A DNA stretch of 64,000 nucleotides from Sphaerodactylus townsendi. Its lineage: Eukaryota. Below, piece by piece: positions 50,531-62,372 of the stretch. The first letter of the stretch is position 1. Every line of letters begins with the position of its first letter. The translations under genes and the position numbers were made by a program. Location: positions 14,446,001 through 14,510,000 of the forward strand of contig NC_059437.1 in the NCBI RefSeq assembly GCF_021028975.2, in the 5' to 3' direction. The notes beneath the pieces were generated by a model, which saw nothing but the letters and a program-made list of their open reading frames with translations, was not told the DNA's origin and did not search any database.

Positions 50531-53500
50531 ATTCAGCAGAGAGAGCAACCAATAGATCTGATACCCTATGAGTGAGTTTATATAAAAATGTTTTACTAAA
50601 TAACACTAGATGTTACTTAGGGAGGAAATGCATGGATAAAAATAAGACAACTCTCCAACTAAGTTGCATCCTGACTACATTGTGACCAGACAAGTAGAAC
50701 AGTCAGACAAGGGGGAGAGAAAGTAAGCAGGGAACAAAGGGCCATAAATGTATACCCAAAACTCACCCTTCCCTGCACATGTGGCACAAGACCCATCTTC
50801 ACTGATATCCAATGGTCAAACAAGTACTCTGCTTATTATGCAAGGGACACCTACAGTCTAGAAAGACCTTTTATGCTCGAGCGAGCCCCTATTTGCCAAA
50901 CACTAGTCTAACTATCTGGTTACAAGCAAACAAACAGCAAGGTAACCATTTCATGACTGAGGAAGATGGCACTCTCAAAAGCCAACATTGCTTCTTGAAT
51001 GTCAGTCACTGAAGCCATGAATGTTCAGTTTCTTGCATAGATAGTGGAACTTGTCTCTGGCCAGTGGCTTGATAAGGATAGTTGTAGAGGGACAGTTGTT
51101 GACTTGGCTTCTAGCACCTGCTTTTGGCTAGTCTAGCTAACTTGGCTATTTCCATAAAGAACAGGTATCCACTGGTTGGCCTGTAGTCAGTCTTGTATCT
51201 GCTCCACTCTAAGGCCCCTTCCGCACACGCAAAATAATGCATTTTCAAACCATTTTCACAACTGTTTGCAAGTGGATTTTGCCATTCCGCAGAGCTTCAA
51301 AGAGCACTGAAAGCAGTTTGAAAGTGCATTATTCTGCATGTGCAGAATGAGCCTAAGTCCCTGTAACCCACCAACTGAGGATGGTCACAAGCTGAGATCT
51401 TTAGTTTTAGATGTGTTGTGTCTTTGACGTATCTAACCAGCCTCCTTACTGTTTTCCAATCATCATGGTTTGGTGAGTTCATCTCTTTGCACAGTATTCC
51501 AACAGCAGCAGATGATATATCAGGCTTTGACACAGTACTCAGAGTAGCTTTCCAACTGCCTTGCTGTATCGTTGTCTGTTCACAGCAATTCTCCACCTTT
51601 GAGTTTAATATATGCTTGTTCAAGAGGTATGCTTTTACCATTGGCATCTTTTAGACCCTTAGATTCAACTAAGTCCAGAATTTTGTGGTTTTGGTTCAGA
51701 AGAAAACTTTCATCCTCAGTCCTTTCAATTTTCATTCGAAAGTTTATACATCCCAACTGCTTGACATCTACTGCTTAGTTCAAGCTGTTAGCAATTTATT
51801 TTGCCTCTCTTGTGAAAAAGCAAGATTCTGCCTTTCCTGGTCTGAAGCACTGACCTTGTAATATAAGAACATAAAAAAGAGCCTGCTGGATCAGACCAGA
51901 GTCCATCTAGTCCAGCACTCTGCTACTCGTGGTGGCCCACCAGGTGCCTTTGGGAGCTCGCATGCAGGATGTGAAAGCAATGGTCTTCTGCTGCTGCTGT
52001 TCCCGAGCACCTGGCATGCTATCAGTTTTTCATTCTATCCTCTGGCTGCTTGTTTAAGTCCATAAATGCTCTTTTCAAGTTTATAATCAAGATTCTCCTG
52101 ACATTTCTTACGCCAGCCCAAAGTTGTTCCATGTAGATTATCTCTTCTGATAAATCTCCACTGAGGAATGCAGTCTTAATATCCAGATGTTCAACACAGA
52201 ATCATAGAGTTGCAAGGGGCTATACAGGCCATCTAGTCCAAACCCATGCTCAATGCAGGATCAGCATCCCAGACAACTGTTTGGCTGGCCCCTTCCGCAC
52301 ACTTAGAATAATGCACTTTCAATCTACTTTCAATGCACTTTGCAACTGTGCAGAATAGCAAAATCCACTTTCAAACAATTGTGAAAGTGGATTGAATGTG
52401 CATTATTTTGCATGTGCAGAAGGGGCCTTTGTCTAGCTGCTGCATAAAGACTGCCAGTGAGGGGGAGCTCACCACCCAAAGTAGCTGATTCCACTGTTGC
52501 ATAATTCTTACTGTAAATTTTTTCTCTCTAATATCCAGTTGGAACCTTTCTGCCCATCATTTAAATGAATTATCTTTTGAAGCTGTCAAGATCAATAGAA
52601 TCCGAACTGAAGTGTATTTCACTAGAAGTGCATAAATCTCCAAACAATCACTCCCAGGTTTCTGTGAAAATCCTTTTGCAAATAGGCATACTTTGTACTT
52701 TTCAACACTTTCATTAGTCTTGAATTTATCTTGAATATCTATCCCCTGGTTGCCTTCCAGGGGGATAACACTGTAAGTGTCCACTGTAAGTGTCCAGTTT
52801 GGTTCTTTTGCAAAGATTCCAATTCTTCTGTTGCTGCCTTTAACCACTTGACTCTTTCATCTGGCGATAGCTTAACCATCTCCTTCCAGTTTGAGGATTC
52901 AGATGCAAGTTGCACATTTTGCACAATAGCCATATCTCAATGGTAGTACTCCTTTGTTGCTTCTCTGCAACTGTCTCACAGTGGCCTGGCCTCCTTAAGA
53001 TCACTGTTCACTTTAATATCACAGTCTTTTGTATTGTACAATATCCTTTGTACTGATTTCATACTTCTAAGTGTGAATCTGATGTGCCATTTGCAATTCA
53101 GTTATTATGAGAGCACACTCCTTTGTTTAAACTGCACACATTCTGTCTTAGATAAAAGAATGCTCCAACTCCGAAGAGGGAGCAAGCTTGTTTTCTGCTG
53201 CCTCAGAGACTAGGACACGGAGTAATGGATTCAAGGTGCAGGAAAAGAGATTCCACCTAAACATTTAGAAGAACTTCTAACTGTCAGGGCTGTTCGACAG
53301 TGGAATTCACTGCCTCAGAGAGTGGTGGAGTCTCCTTCTCTGGAGGTTTTTAAACAGAGGCTAGATCAGGGGTAGGGAACCTGCGGCTCTCCAGATGTTC
53401 AGAAACTACAATTCCCATCAGCCTCTGTCAGCATGGCCAATTGGCCATACTGGTAGGGGCTGATGGGAATTGTAGTTCCTGAACATCTGGAGAGCCGCAG

Positions 53501-54828
53501 GTTCCCTACCCCTGGGCTAGATGAATATATGTTGGGAGTGCATTGTTTGTGTGTTCCTGCATTGCAGGGGGTTAGATCTGATGGCCCTTGTGGTCTCTTC
53601 TAGCTCTATGCTTCTATGATGCTATGAACTCTTTGAGTCAGAATTTCAGGACTATTTTTTAGGGAAAACGCTGCAGGTGCCATCAATAACTCTGTTCACA
53701 CCAATAAATTCTCAGTGACCTCTCTCACGTATGGACAGTTTTCAATTCCACACTCATCTGCTCTGTATTAAGAACATTTAACAGCACAGTTACATTTCCA
53801 TACACATAGAGAGGACTGCCCACAGACTGTTGCTTTGAAGTTTCATAAGTGGTTATGAAGGGCCATTCATCTTCATTTAAAGAACCAAAAAGCAATAACC
53901 TGGCCCATGCATCATCTTCCTTAAAGTGTTTTAATTCTGCTGGTTCTCAGGAGGGTCTGTAATAATTGCATGACCAATCTCTTGCTCCTCAAGAGCGCAT
54001 AGCATTATATACTTCCACTGCAAGTAATTGTGACTATTTAACTTTCAGACACTGAACACTGGGACAAGGTGATTGCTTGGACTTATGACTTCTTGGTTTT
54101 TGTGGTGCGGCTCCTCGGTCATCCTCCACATCAGCTCCTTCCTTTAATTTGCATGCATGAAATGGTTGCCTTAAGATTTGACAATGCTTTGTGGATCTAG
54201 CTAAGTATTTCTAAGTAGTTGCTTTGAAGTTTCACATGTAGTATTAAGAGACATTCATCTTCATTTAAAGAAGCAATAATCTGACTCATGCATCATCTTT
54301 CTTAAATCGTTCCAATTTTTACAGATTTTCAGGTGGGTCCTTAGTAACTGTGCGACCAAATTCCTGCACCTCAAGAGTGCATAATATTATGAAGCAGGGA
54401 CACCTACATTCTTGAAAGAAGAAGAAGAGTTTGGATTTATACCCCACCTTTCTCTCCTGTAAGGAGATTCAAGATGGCTTACAAGCTCCTTTCCCTTCCT
54501 CTCCCCACAACAGATATCTTGTGAGGCAGGTGGAGCTTAGAGAGTTCTGAAGAACTGTGATTAGCCTAAGGTCACCCAGCAGGAGTGCAGGAGTGCGGAA
54601 ACACATCTGGTTCACCAGATAAGCCTCTGCCACTCAGGTGGAGGAGTGGGGAATCAAACCCGGTTCTCCAGATAAGAATCTACCTGCCCTTAACCACTAC
54701 ACCACACTGGTGTAAAGACCTTTTATGCTGGGCCCCCTGTTTGCTACATGCTAGTCTAATTATTGGTTACAAGCAATACCAAGTGAACTCTTTCATGACT
54801 GAGGGGGCCTGACTTTCAAAATCCAACA
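50531..54828 (-). mobile_element. decayed Ty1/copia LTR retrotransposon with nested insertions
   Basis: RT motifs YKVCLFAKGFSQKPG, VEHLDIKTAFLSGDL, KSIYGLKQAAR, KPDISSAAVGIL..DWKTVRRLVRY; gag-like KLNSHNYLQWK; LTR-like direct repeats beginning TGTTGG at 54828 and 50987; left boundary approximate. Confidence 0.85.
53170..53627 (+). mobile_element. CR1 LINE 3' end interrupted by a 148-bp MITE (53367-53514, TSD ggctagat)
   Basis: cagtggaattcactgcctcagagagtggtggagtctcc...ctatgcttctatgatgctatga CR1-type tail. Confidence 0.85.
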
Positions 54829-55539
54829 CAAGGAGGCAGCACTGGCATGGGAAGATAAACGACAGAAGTGCTGAAGTTTCTTTTAGCACTGGATGCCCTC
54901 CTCAGCTGAGAGAATTAAAGCTGGACTCCCATCCAGACTGGTCCTAAATCATTAACATACAAAAGCTGGATGCAGAAAGCAATGTTCCAAAATAGAGCAC
55001 GGATGAGTTGTTGACAGAATAATTACAGTTATCCTATTTTGATCTATATGGATCTGAAGAGAGAATGGCTTGGGGGAGAATATTATGATCTTTGTGGTGG
55101 GTATGTATATTTGTAAGCATTTGGGGAGGGTATTTGTAAGCATTTAAACGTACATAAGTCCTTATTTCCTTTGCTTTCAGCACACATACTTTATTTGAGT
55201 CCCCACTCCAGGCACAGCTGGAGGGTCATCTGTTCTATAGAGCAAGGCACTTCTATAACTAAACATATTAACGCTTTTATTTATGAACATAAAACCTTTT
55301 CTTCCAATGGAGTGAACTGGTCTAGTACCTAAGCATTTGGAAAGTACACAGTTACAGGCTTTAACAGCCCATGAAGTCGGTTTTAAGGGAATTACTATTC
55401 AGCCTTCAACGGTAGCAGTCCAGATTCGTCCCAATAAAAACATTTTGCCCTTATATTTTAAGCCTTAAGGCAACACATCCCGTATTTCTTTTCCCTCTCT
55501 ACCGCATCTTATTTACCAACCTTTGGAACCAGGTTGAGA

Positions 55540-55803
55540 GCCTTCCACTACAAACGTGGGCGGAAAACGGGGAATGTGGCTTCACGGGCGGCTGCTATCG
55601 AGCGTGCCCAACAATTGTGTAACCAATGGCTGTTTGCGTTTCAGTCGAAGTGCAAAGAGGAAGGGAGGCTGGAGAAAGAGAAATTTGAATTGGTTACTCA
55701 CCAAGAGACTCGCCCAATACGGGAAAGTCGTGATGGGAACCCTGTTCGCACAGACTGCCGGACTGCGTCGAGCATGCGCATAGCGTGAAGTGAAGGCAGC
55801 AAT
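55540..55803 (+). promoter_or_regulatory. RBMX2 CpG-rich promoter
   Basis: CpG enrichment; CCAAT boxes; GCATGCGCA NRF1-like site at 55772. Confidence 0.6.
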
Positions 55804-55808
55804 ATGAA
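55804..55808 (+). CDS. RBMX2: RBMX2 exon 1 coding part (ATG AA)
   Basis: aatATGAA|GTAGGT; joins exon 2 to give MNPLTKVKLINELN. Confidence 0.8.
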
Positions 55809-56397
55809 GTAGGTTGGTGGAAGGGTTTGGGGGTGGTCGAGATGCAGCGGGCAAGAGTCCCCTTCTGTGCGCGTGCCAAGTCTGCGCCTGGAGCGTGTGA
55901 AGCGATAACATGGAAGAGTGCTCTTGAGCATGTGCAGAGTGCCTTCTCATTCAAATCAACCAATTTCTGTACCCCTCGGCTGTTTGGAGATGCTGGGCTT
56001 TCAAAACATGTCTTCTATGTAGCATGGGTCTTCTTTTAGCCCTCCTGAGAGCCAGCGTGGTTGTAGTGGTTACGAGTGGCAGAGGCTTATCTGGTGGACC
56101 AGATGTGTTTCCGTACTCCTGCATTCCTGCTGGGTGACCTTGGGGGGCTAGTCACAGTTCTTCGGAACTCTCTCAGCCCCACCTGCCTCACAAGGTGTCT
56201 GTTGTAGGGAGGGGAAGGGAAAGGAGCTTGTAAGCCACCTGAGTCTCTTAACAGGAGAGAAAGACAAGGTATAAACTCCTCCTCCATAGACTTGAGACCC
56301 CAATGGTTCCCTGTCGAAGCTGGGCAGGCGACAGAGCAGGGACGAAAGGTAATAGCAAGACTTCCTGAAAGCACTGTTTTCTGTTCATCTTCTTTAG

Positions 56398-56513
56398 TCC
56401 TCTGACCAAAGTGAAGCTGATCAACGAGCTGAACAAACGTGAAGCTGAGCTGGGCGTGCAAGAGAAGGTCTCCTGGCATGCTGAGTACAGTGACAGCGCG
56501 TGGGTGTTTTTGG
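56398..56513 (+). CDS. RBMX2: RBMX2 exon 2
   Basis: PLTKVKLINELNKREAELGVQEKVSWHAEYSDSAWVFL; 116 nt. Confidence 0.95.
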
Positions 56514-56616
56514 GTATGTATCCAGCAATGAGGTAGCCTTGGGTGACCAATCCCTGCAGGAATGGTGGTTAACTGTCTGTGTCAAAACCACATTAGATTT
56601 TGCTCTTTTTTTCTAG

Positions 56617-56668
56617 GAGGTTTACCATACGAGTTGACCGAAGGAGACATTATCTGCGTGTTTTCACA
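56617..56668 (+). CDS. RBMX2: RBMX2 exon 3
   Basis: GGLPYELTEGDIICVFSQ; 52 nt. Confidence 0.95.
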
Positions 56669-56684
56669 GTAAGTTGAAGTTCTT

Positions 56685-56733
56685 GCCCTGTCCTGGATGG
56701 CCCAGGCTAGTCCAATTTCAGAAGCTCAGCCTC

Positions 56734-56766
<33 letters not shown>

Positions 56767-56865
56767 TCCAGAGTTGGCATGCAGTGGCAAGTAGTGGCAA
56801 ACCACCCCTGTTTGTCTCTTTCCTTGAAAACCCTACCTACAGGGTCAGCTGTGACCTGATGACAC
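56685..56865 (+). mobile_element. 5S rRNA-derived SINE (SINE3-type)
   Basis: cagaagctcag...gtacttggatgggagacc 5S boxes followed by ggcaaaccacc RTE-like tail. Confidence 0.6.
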
Positions 56866-58254
56866 TTTCCATTCCATTCAGAACTCCCCCCCTCCCCCCC
56901 CCACCTCCCCACCAATGCTGGCAGCTGAGAAGTGATACCTAATTCTGTCATGAAGCCCTTTGGGCCCTAGTCTTGACAAGGAACATTTACTTTGAATTCT
57001 GTCTCTTACTATCCCAAAGCCCCTTGTTCTTTTTAATTCTTTATTTAGGTAGTCATGAAACACCATGACAATAAATTATGTTCAGATAAAACAGCCATTA
57101 AAAGAATCCTTTGTCCGTCCCTGCTAAATACTTATTCTGAGAAAGGATCGTGTAGGAGACACACATTTGGACGACAGAATGTCTCTTTGTGGGCCACTGA
57201 GATTTTAACCTGCTGCCCACAGATCCATGTTAATAATTCACTTTTAGCTGGTGCTGACACACATCTGAGATTCTTGGAATGGAATGGAACTTTAATTTGT
57301 ATACCGCCCTCCCCCGAAAGGCTCAGGGCTGTGCACAGCAAAATATATATCAATAACATAATATATAACAGCAGTATCAACAGTATTTCAAGTAACAAAT
57401 ATCGATAATCAAATCACCATCAATATAACATCATGACATTGCATAGCAACAGTATAACATCAGCCCAGCAAGCTAGTTCACATTATATATGGCAACAATA
57501 AGCATAATACCATAATATCATAATCACAAAAACCATGGGTAGAAGATCATAGCAACACCATAACGTTATGCAAAATATTAAAAATTGGAAAACATAGCAT
57601 TATAAGTAGCAATGAACATCACATTATAAACAGCAAATCCACAATACAGCATCACCAACTCTAAGAAGGACTTTGCGGGCATTGCTGTATTATGTATTAA
57701 TTTGCTGCATTTTAAATGTTATTTAGTGATTAATTTATATGGATTTTATGTTTATTTGTATTTGAATTTTATGTTGTTCACCGCCCAGAGCCCTTCGGGG
57801 GTTGGGCGGTATATAAGTTCGAAAAATAAATAAATTAATTAATAAATTAATAATAAAAAATTCAACCAACTACATATATAATTGACAATAAATAATATTA
57901 CATTTTTCTTAGCATGTGATGTTAGTTTTGAAGAAGGATTAGATGAGTGGAAGAACCATGGAACATCCGTGGACAAAGGCAGGACACTTCTGAAAAGCCA
58001 ATGCTGATAACCAGCAAGAGGAGACCCTTACTATGCCTTGTGTGTGAATTCTAGCTACTGTTGTAAACAGGGTGTTGGACTAGTTGGCCTGAGCCCACTT
58101 TCAGATTCCTAGTCCTCATTAACAAGTAGAATTATGTTCTTCTCAGCTACCTGCCCCAGGGAACTGCATGATTTGGAAAACTGCGGAAGCATTTGTTACG
58201 TTTTCTGAAAGTTTTTTTGGGAAAGACTTTTGACCTCCTTGACATTCCCTTCAG

Positions 58255-58384
58255 GTATGGGGAAATTGTGAATATCAACCTGGTGCGCGATAAGACGACG
58301 GGAAAATCCAAAGGTTTCTGCTTCATTTGCTATGAAGATCAGCGAAGCACCATTCTTGCTGTGGACAATTTTAATGGGATAAAG
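58255..58384 (+). CDS. RBMX2: RBMX2 exon 4 (RRM RNP1)
   Basis: YGEIVNINLVRDKTTGKSKGFCFICYEDQRSTILAVDNFNGIK; 130 nt. Confidence 0.96.
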
Positions 58385-59539
58385 GTATGTCTGGCAATGA
58401 GGGAAAAGCCAGGAAATCCTACCCTTGTGGTATTGTGCCGTATGAAATAACTCCACCACCTGATAAGAAAAATTAAAATGGAAATCCCAGTGGCACCTTA
58501 AAAGTCCCAGTGGCACCAGCACTGGCTTTTGAGAGTCAGCTGATCACTTTAACAGATGCATCTGAGTTAGGAAAGCTTATGCTGGAATAGGTCTTATTGG
58601 TCCTGAAGTCGCCACTGCTGTTTTAATTTTGCTGAAACAAATTTACATGCCTACCCCGCTTGTATTACCTCCTGGTATGGTTTACTGACATGGCTTCTAT
58701 CTGAAATGGCTGCTATCTCTGTGACAGCGTTCTGAGGCTTGAAGCAGAGTGGAAACAGCATGTCTATCAATCTTGTCTTTTGTTAGGAAACTGCGGGACA
58801 CATAAAGCTCTCACACTGTCAGGTGAACCGTTGACCCATTTAGCTTGGTATTGTCTGCTCTGAGTGGTGAAAGTTTTCCATGGTCTTTCAGAACACCTGC
58901 TGCCCAAGACACTTTGAAAGGTCTCCCTTAGATGTCAGAGGAACTTGTCACGATTTTCGAACCCACCTGTAAGGAGTCAGGCTATTCTTCTGGCCCAGTA
59001 CTTTCTATTTGGACTGGCAGTGACTCTCCATTCCTCCTACATTATTTTTTCCCCTTTCATTTGGTGATTGAATCTAGGACTTTTCCATGCCAGCAAGCAT
59101 TAGTCTACTACTGAGCTATAGGGGCTGTAACTCTGTGGTAGAGCACCTGCTTAGCATGCAGAAAGTCCCAAGTTCAATCTCTGGCATCTCCAGCTAAAAA
59201 GGATCAGACAGGGGTCGGCAACCTGTGGCTCTCCAGATGTTCATGGACTACAATTGGCCATGCTGTCAGGGAAATGCACACCAGGTTCCCCTTCTCCATT
59301 TTATCCCAGCAACAACTGTGTGGGATAGATTGGTGTCAAACCCACGGCCCTCCAGATGTTATGGACTACAGTTCCCATCATCCCCTGCCAGCATGATGCT
59401 GGCAGGATGTGATGGGATTTGTAGTCCATGAACATCTGGAGAGCCACAGGTTGCAGACCCCTGAGATAGGAGGTACTGTGAAAGTCCTCTGCCTGGGACC
59501 CTGGTGGGGAGCTGCCAGTGAGTATTTTGATGGACCCAT

Positions 59540-59687
59540 NNNNNNNNNNNNNNNNNNNNNNNNNNNNNNNNNNNNNNNNNNNNNNNNNNNNNNNNNNNNN
59601 NNNNNNNNNNNNNNNNNNNNNNNNNNNNNNNNNNNNNNNNNNNNNNNNNNNNNNNNNNNNNNNNNNNNNNNNNNNNNNNNNNNNNNN
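59540..59687. other. assembly gap (148 N)
   Basis: run of n in RBMX2 intron 4. Confidence 0.95.
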
Positions 59688-59743
59688 GTGGAGCATTTAG
59701 CAGATGTGTGTGCTTCTCCCATAACGCATGACTCTGTTGACAG

Positions 59744-59924
59744 ATTAAAGGAAGGACAATTCGTGTGGACCATGTGGCTAATTATCGCCCTCCCAAAGAT
59801 TCTGAGGATATTGATGATATAACCAAAACGCTCCGGGAAAAAGGATGTGGCATTAAGACGCCTCCTCCCAGCTCACCTGAATCCTCAGAAGATGAAAAGG
59901 TGGAAGTAAAGAAGCACAAAAAAG
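59744..59924 (+). CDS. RBMX2: RBMX2 exon 5
   Basis: IKGRTIRVDHVANYRPPKDSEDIDDITKTLREKGCG...KKHKK; 181 nt. Confidence 0.95.
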
Positions 59925-61077
59925 GTGACTGTTGTGTGTGAGTTGGTGAGCAAGAGCATGCATGAAAGCATCTTGATATGAGAGAGTTTCTGATTCCTAG
60001 ACAGAAATGTAGGCCAAGACTGGGTATATTGGGAAATAAGCTGTGTCACCAGTATGCTTTTTGCTCAGCTAGGTGTGGTGTGGTAGACTAGAGGCTTATT
60101 TGATCTGATTGCTTGGAGGAGGAAGAGAAGGAGGAGCTGGAATGACATTCCTTGGTCTTTAAAGATTTACTTCCATAGAAAATGTTAAATGGGTGTATTT
60201 ATCCTGCTTTCCAGTCAAAACGTGGCTCACAAACCAGTTCCCAAATACAAAGTTCAGTACAAAAAATTCCTTGAGGGGGAAATTCTCAGTGGGGAACTGA
60301 AATTAGGCATGGCAGAGAGATGCACTGTTGCTTCCTGCCCTCCTTTGATGATAGTTGGGAGCTGGAGGGAGAGAGATGTTCAGCTGCATCACAGTATAAT
60401 TCAGGTGGGATTTTTTGCTTTCTGCTGGCCTGCAAACATGCACTCATTGATAGCATTGAATGTCTGTCAGGACAATTTACAATTTTCAGTGAAGATTCAG
60501 GGCAAGAGTCCGTGCTCAGGCACAGGGCAGAACTTGGTATGTTAGCCAGTGGGGTGTCGTGTCAGACTGAGATCTGGGAGTCTCCAGTTCAAACTCCTGC
60601 TCTGCCATGAAGCTTGCTTGGTGATCTTGGATCAGTTGTTCACATTCAGTCTAATCCACAGGTGTCAATACTGCATAGCCCTCAGATAGTTATGGACTAG
60701 TTAGCTTGACCATCATCCCTCCGCCAGTATGATAAGTAGGATGCTGGCAGGGGATGATGGGAACTGTAGTCCATAACATCTGGAGGGCCACGAGTTTGAC
60801 ACCAATCTGTCTTACACAGTAGTTGCAGGGATAAAATGGAGGAGGGGAGCCTGATGTGTATTTCCCTGACATCCTTGGAGAAATAATTTTTGGTCCTGAT
60901 AATATTCCCTGTCTGGGGATGCTGGACAAGATATGTCCAGGGAAGCTGAGAGGCTAAGATGGAATATTCACTGGGGGGATGAGGGTGGGGAATATGCAGA
61001 TGGGAAGGGTAAAGAGCAAAGATGGATTTCTCCAGAAGGTTTTCAGATTTCAATATGTGCTCCTTTTCCCTCTGAAG

Positions 61078-61670
61078 AGAAAAGCAAGAAGAAGAAGAAA
61101 GAAAAGAAGGAACATCGGAAACGTGTGAAAGAGGAGCCACCTGTCAATGCACCACCTGCTAAAGCCAAAATCAAAGTGGAGAAGGAAGATCCAGGCTACG
61201 AACGGTACGCTAGTGCAAGTCAGCAAACATTGAGCTCAGCTGGCCACAAACATGGCAGCCGGACAGAGCAAGAACAAGGACTCAAGTACGAGCGAGTGAG
61301 AGAGAGGTCCCGAGAGAGGGACACAGGAAGGGACCGGCAGGATAAAAGAGAAAGGTCTCGAGAGAAGGGCAGAGAGAGGCACTGGCATGATCAGAGAGAC
61401 GAATCTCAAGAGAAGGGGAAAGAGAGAGGCTGGCTGGATCAGAGAGAGGGATCTCGAGAGAGGGGCCGGCAGGATCAGAGAGAGAGGTCTCGAGAGAGGG
61501 GCGCAGAGTGGGGCTGGCAGAATCATCGATCATCTCATGGTGGTCGCAATGAGGAGAAGCATAAGAAGGTGGATGACAGAGTGAGAGTAGCAGAAAGCAG
61601 GAGATCCCAAGAGCGGTGGGAGAACAGTGACAAGTCATCCAGGGAGAAGGAGTCTTCCAGATACTACTGA
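61078..61670 (+). CDS. RBMX2: RBMX2 exon 6 (Lys-rich and RE/RS-rich tail)
   Basis: ccttttccctctgaAG acceptor; KSKKKKKEKKEH...RERSRER repeats; total about 358 aa; AATAAA at 61958. Confidence 0.9.
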
Positions 61671-62224
61671 CCTTTTTGATCCAGCTTGCAAGTGGAAAGA
61701 GACATCGGGGGATGGTGGAGCTACTGCAGCACTAGCTCAGTGAAATGAAGGCTAGAGCCCTGGCTACTGGCAGATATCCTGAATGGGGATTGACTGCTAC
61801 TCTGTGCTCCTCTGAGTGGCAGAAAAAGGCCCAAGGACTGAATCTTGCTGGTTCATTTGCCTGGACATAGCATATATGCTGGGGACTATCTTTACTTTGG
61901 CCAGAATGGTGTGGCTCAGTATCTTGTAAAAAATATGTCCTGTGCAAGCCAAGATTGAATAAAAGTGCTTTGAACAGTTGTGACTGCTATGTTTCTGAAG
62001 ACCGTGGTGCATCCAAAGTTGCCTTTCCTGTTGTATTCTCACTCATGAATCCTGTTGAGTCAGGCGGTGTAAAGGCTTGAAGATGGGTATGTTCTACTGC
62101 ACAGAGAACCTTCATTGGAGACCAAGAGGCAGCAAAGCCAGACTGTTTCTGGAAGACGTGATTTGTAACATCTGCAGTCGTAGAGCTTTGCTTATGTGGA
62201 CTCTTGGTGCAAGTTAGGCTAGCT

Positions 62225-62372
62225 CAGGGGTAGGGAACCTGCGGCTCTCCAGATGTTCAGGAACTGCAATTCCCATCAGCCTCTGTCAGCATGGCCAATT
62301 GGCCATGCTGGTAGGGGCTGATGGGAATTGTAGTTCCTGAACATCTGGAGAGCCGCAGGTTCCCTACCCCTG
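62225..62372. mobile_element. 148-bp palindromic hAT MITE
   Basis: same family as the 13270 copy; TSD ggctagct. Confidence 0.9.

Noticed and set aside
56685-56770. 5S rRNA-like boxes
   Set aside because: Partial, diverged and fused to an RTE-like tail; a SINE3-type repeat rather than an rRNA gene
59121-59195. tRNA-Ala-like sequence (ggggctgtaactctgtggtagagcacctgcttagcatgcagaaagtcccaagttcaatc)
   Set aside because: Stems are broken and it continues into SINE body sequence also seen at about 3670-3860; a SINE head, not a tRNA gene
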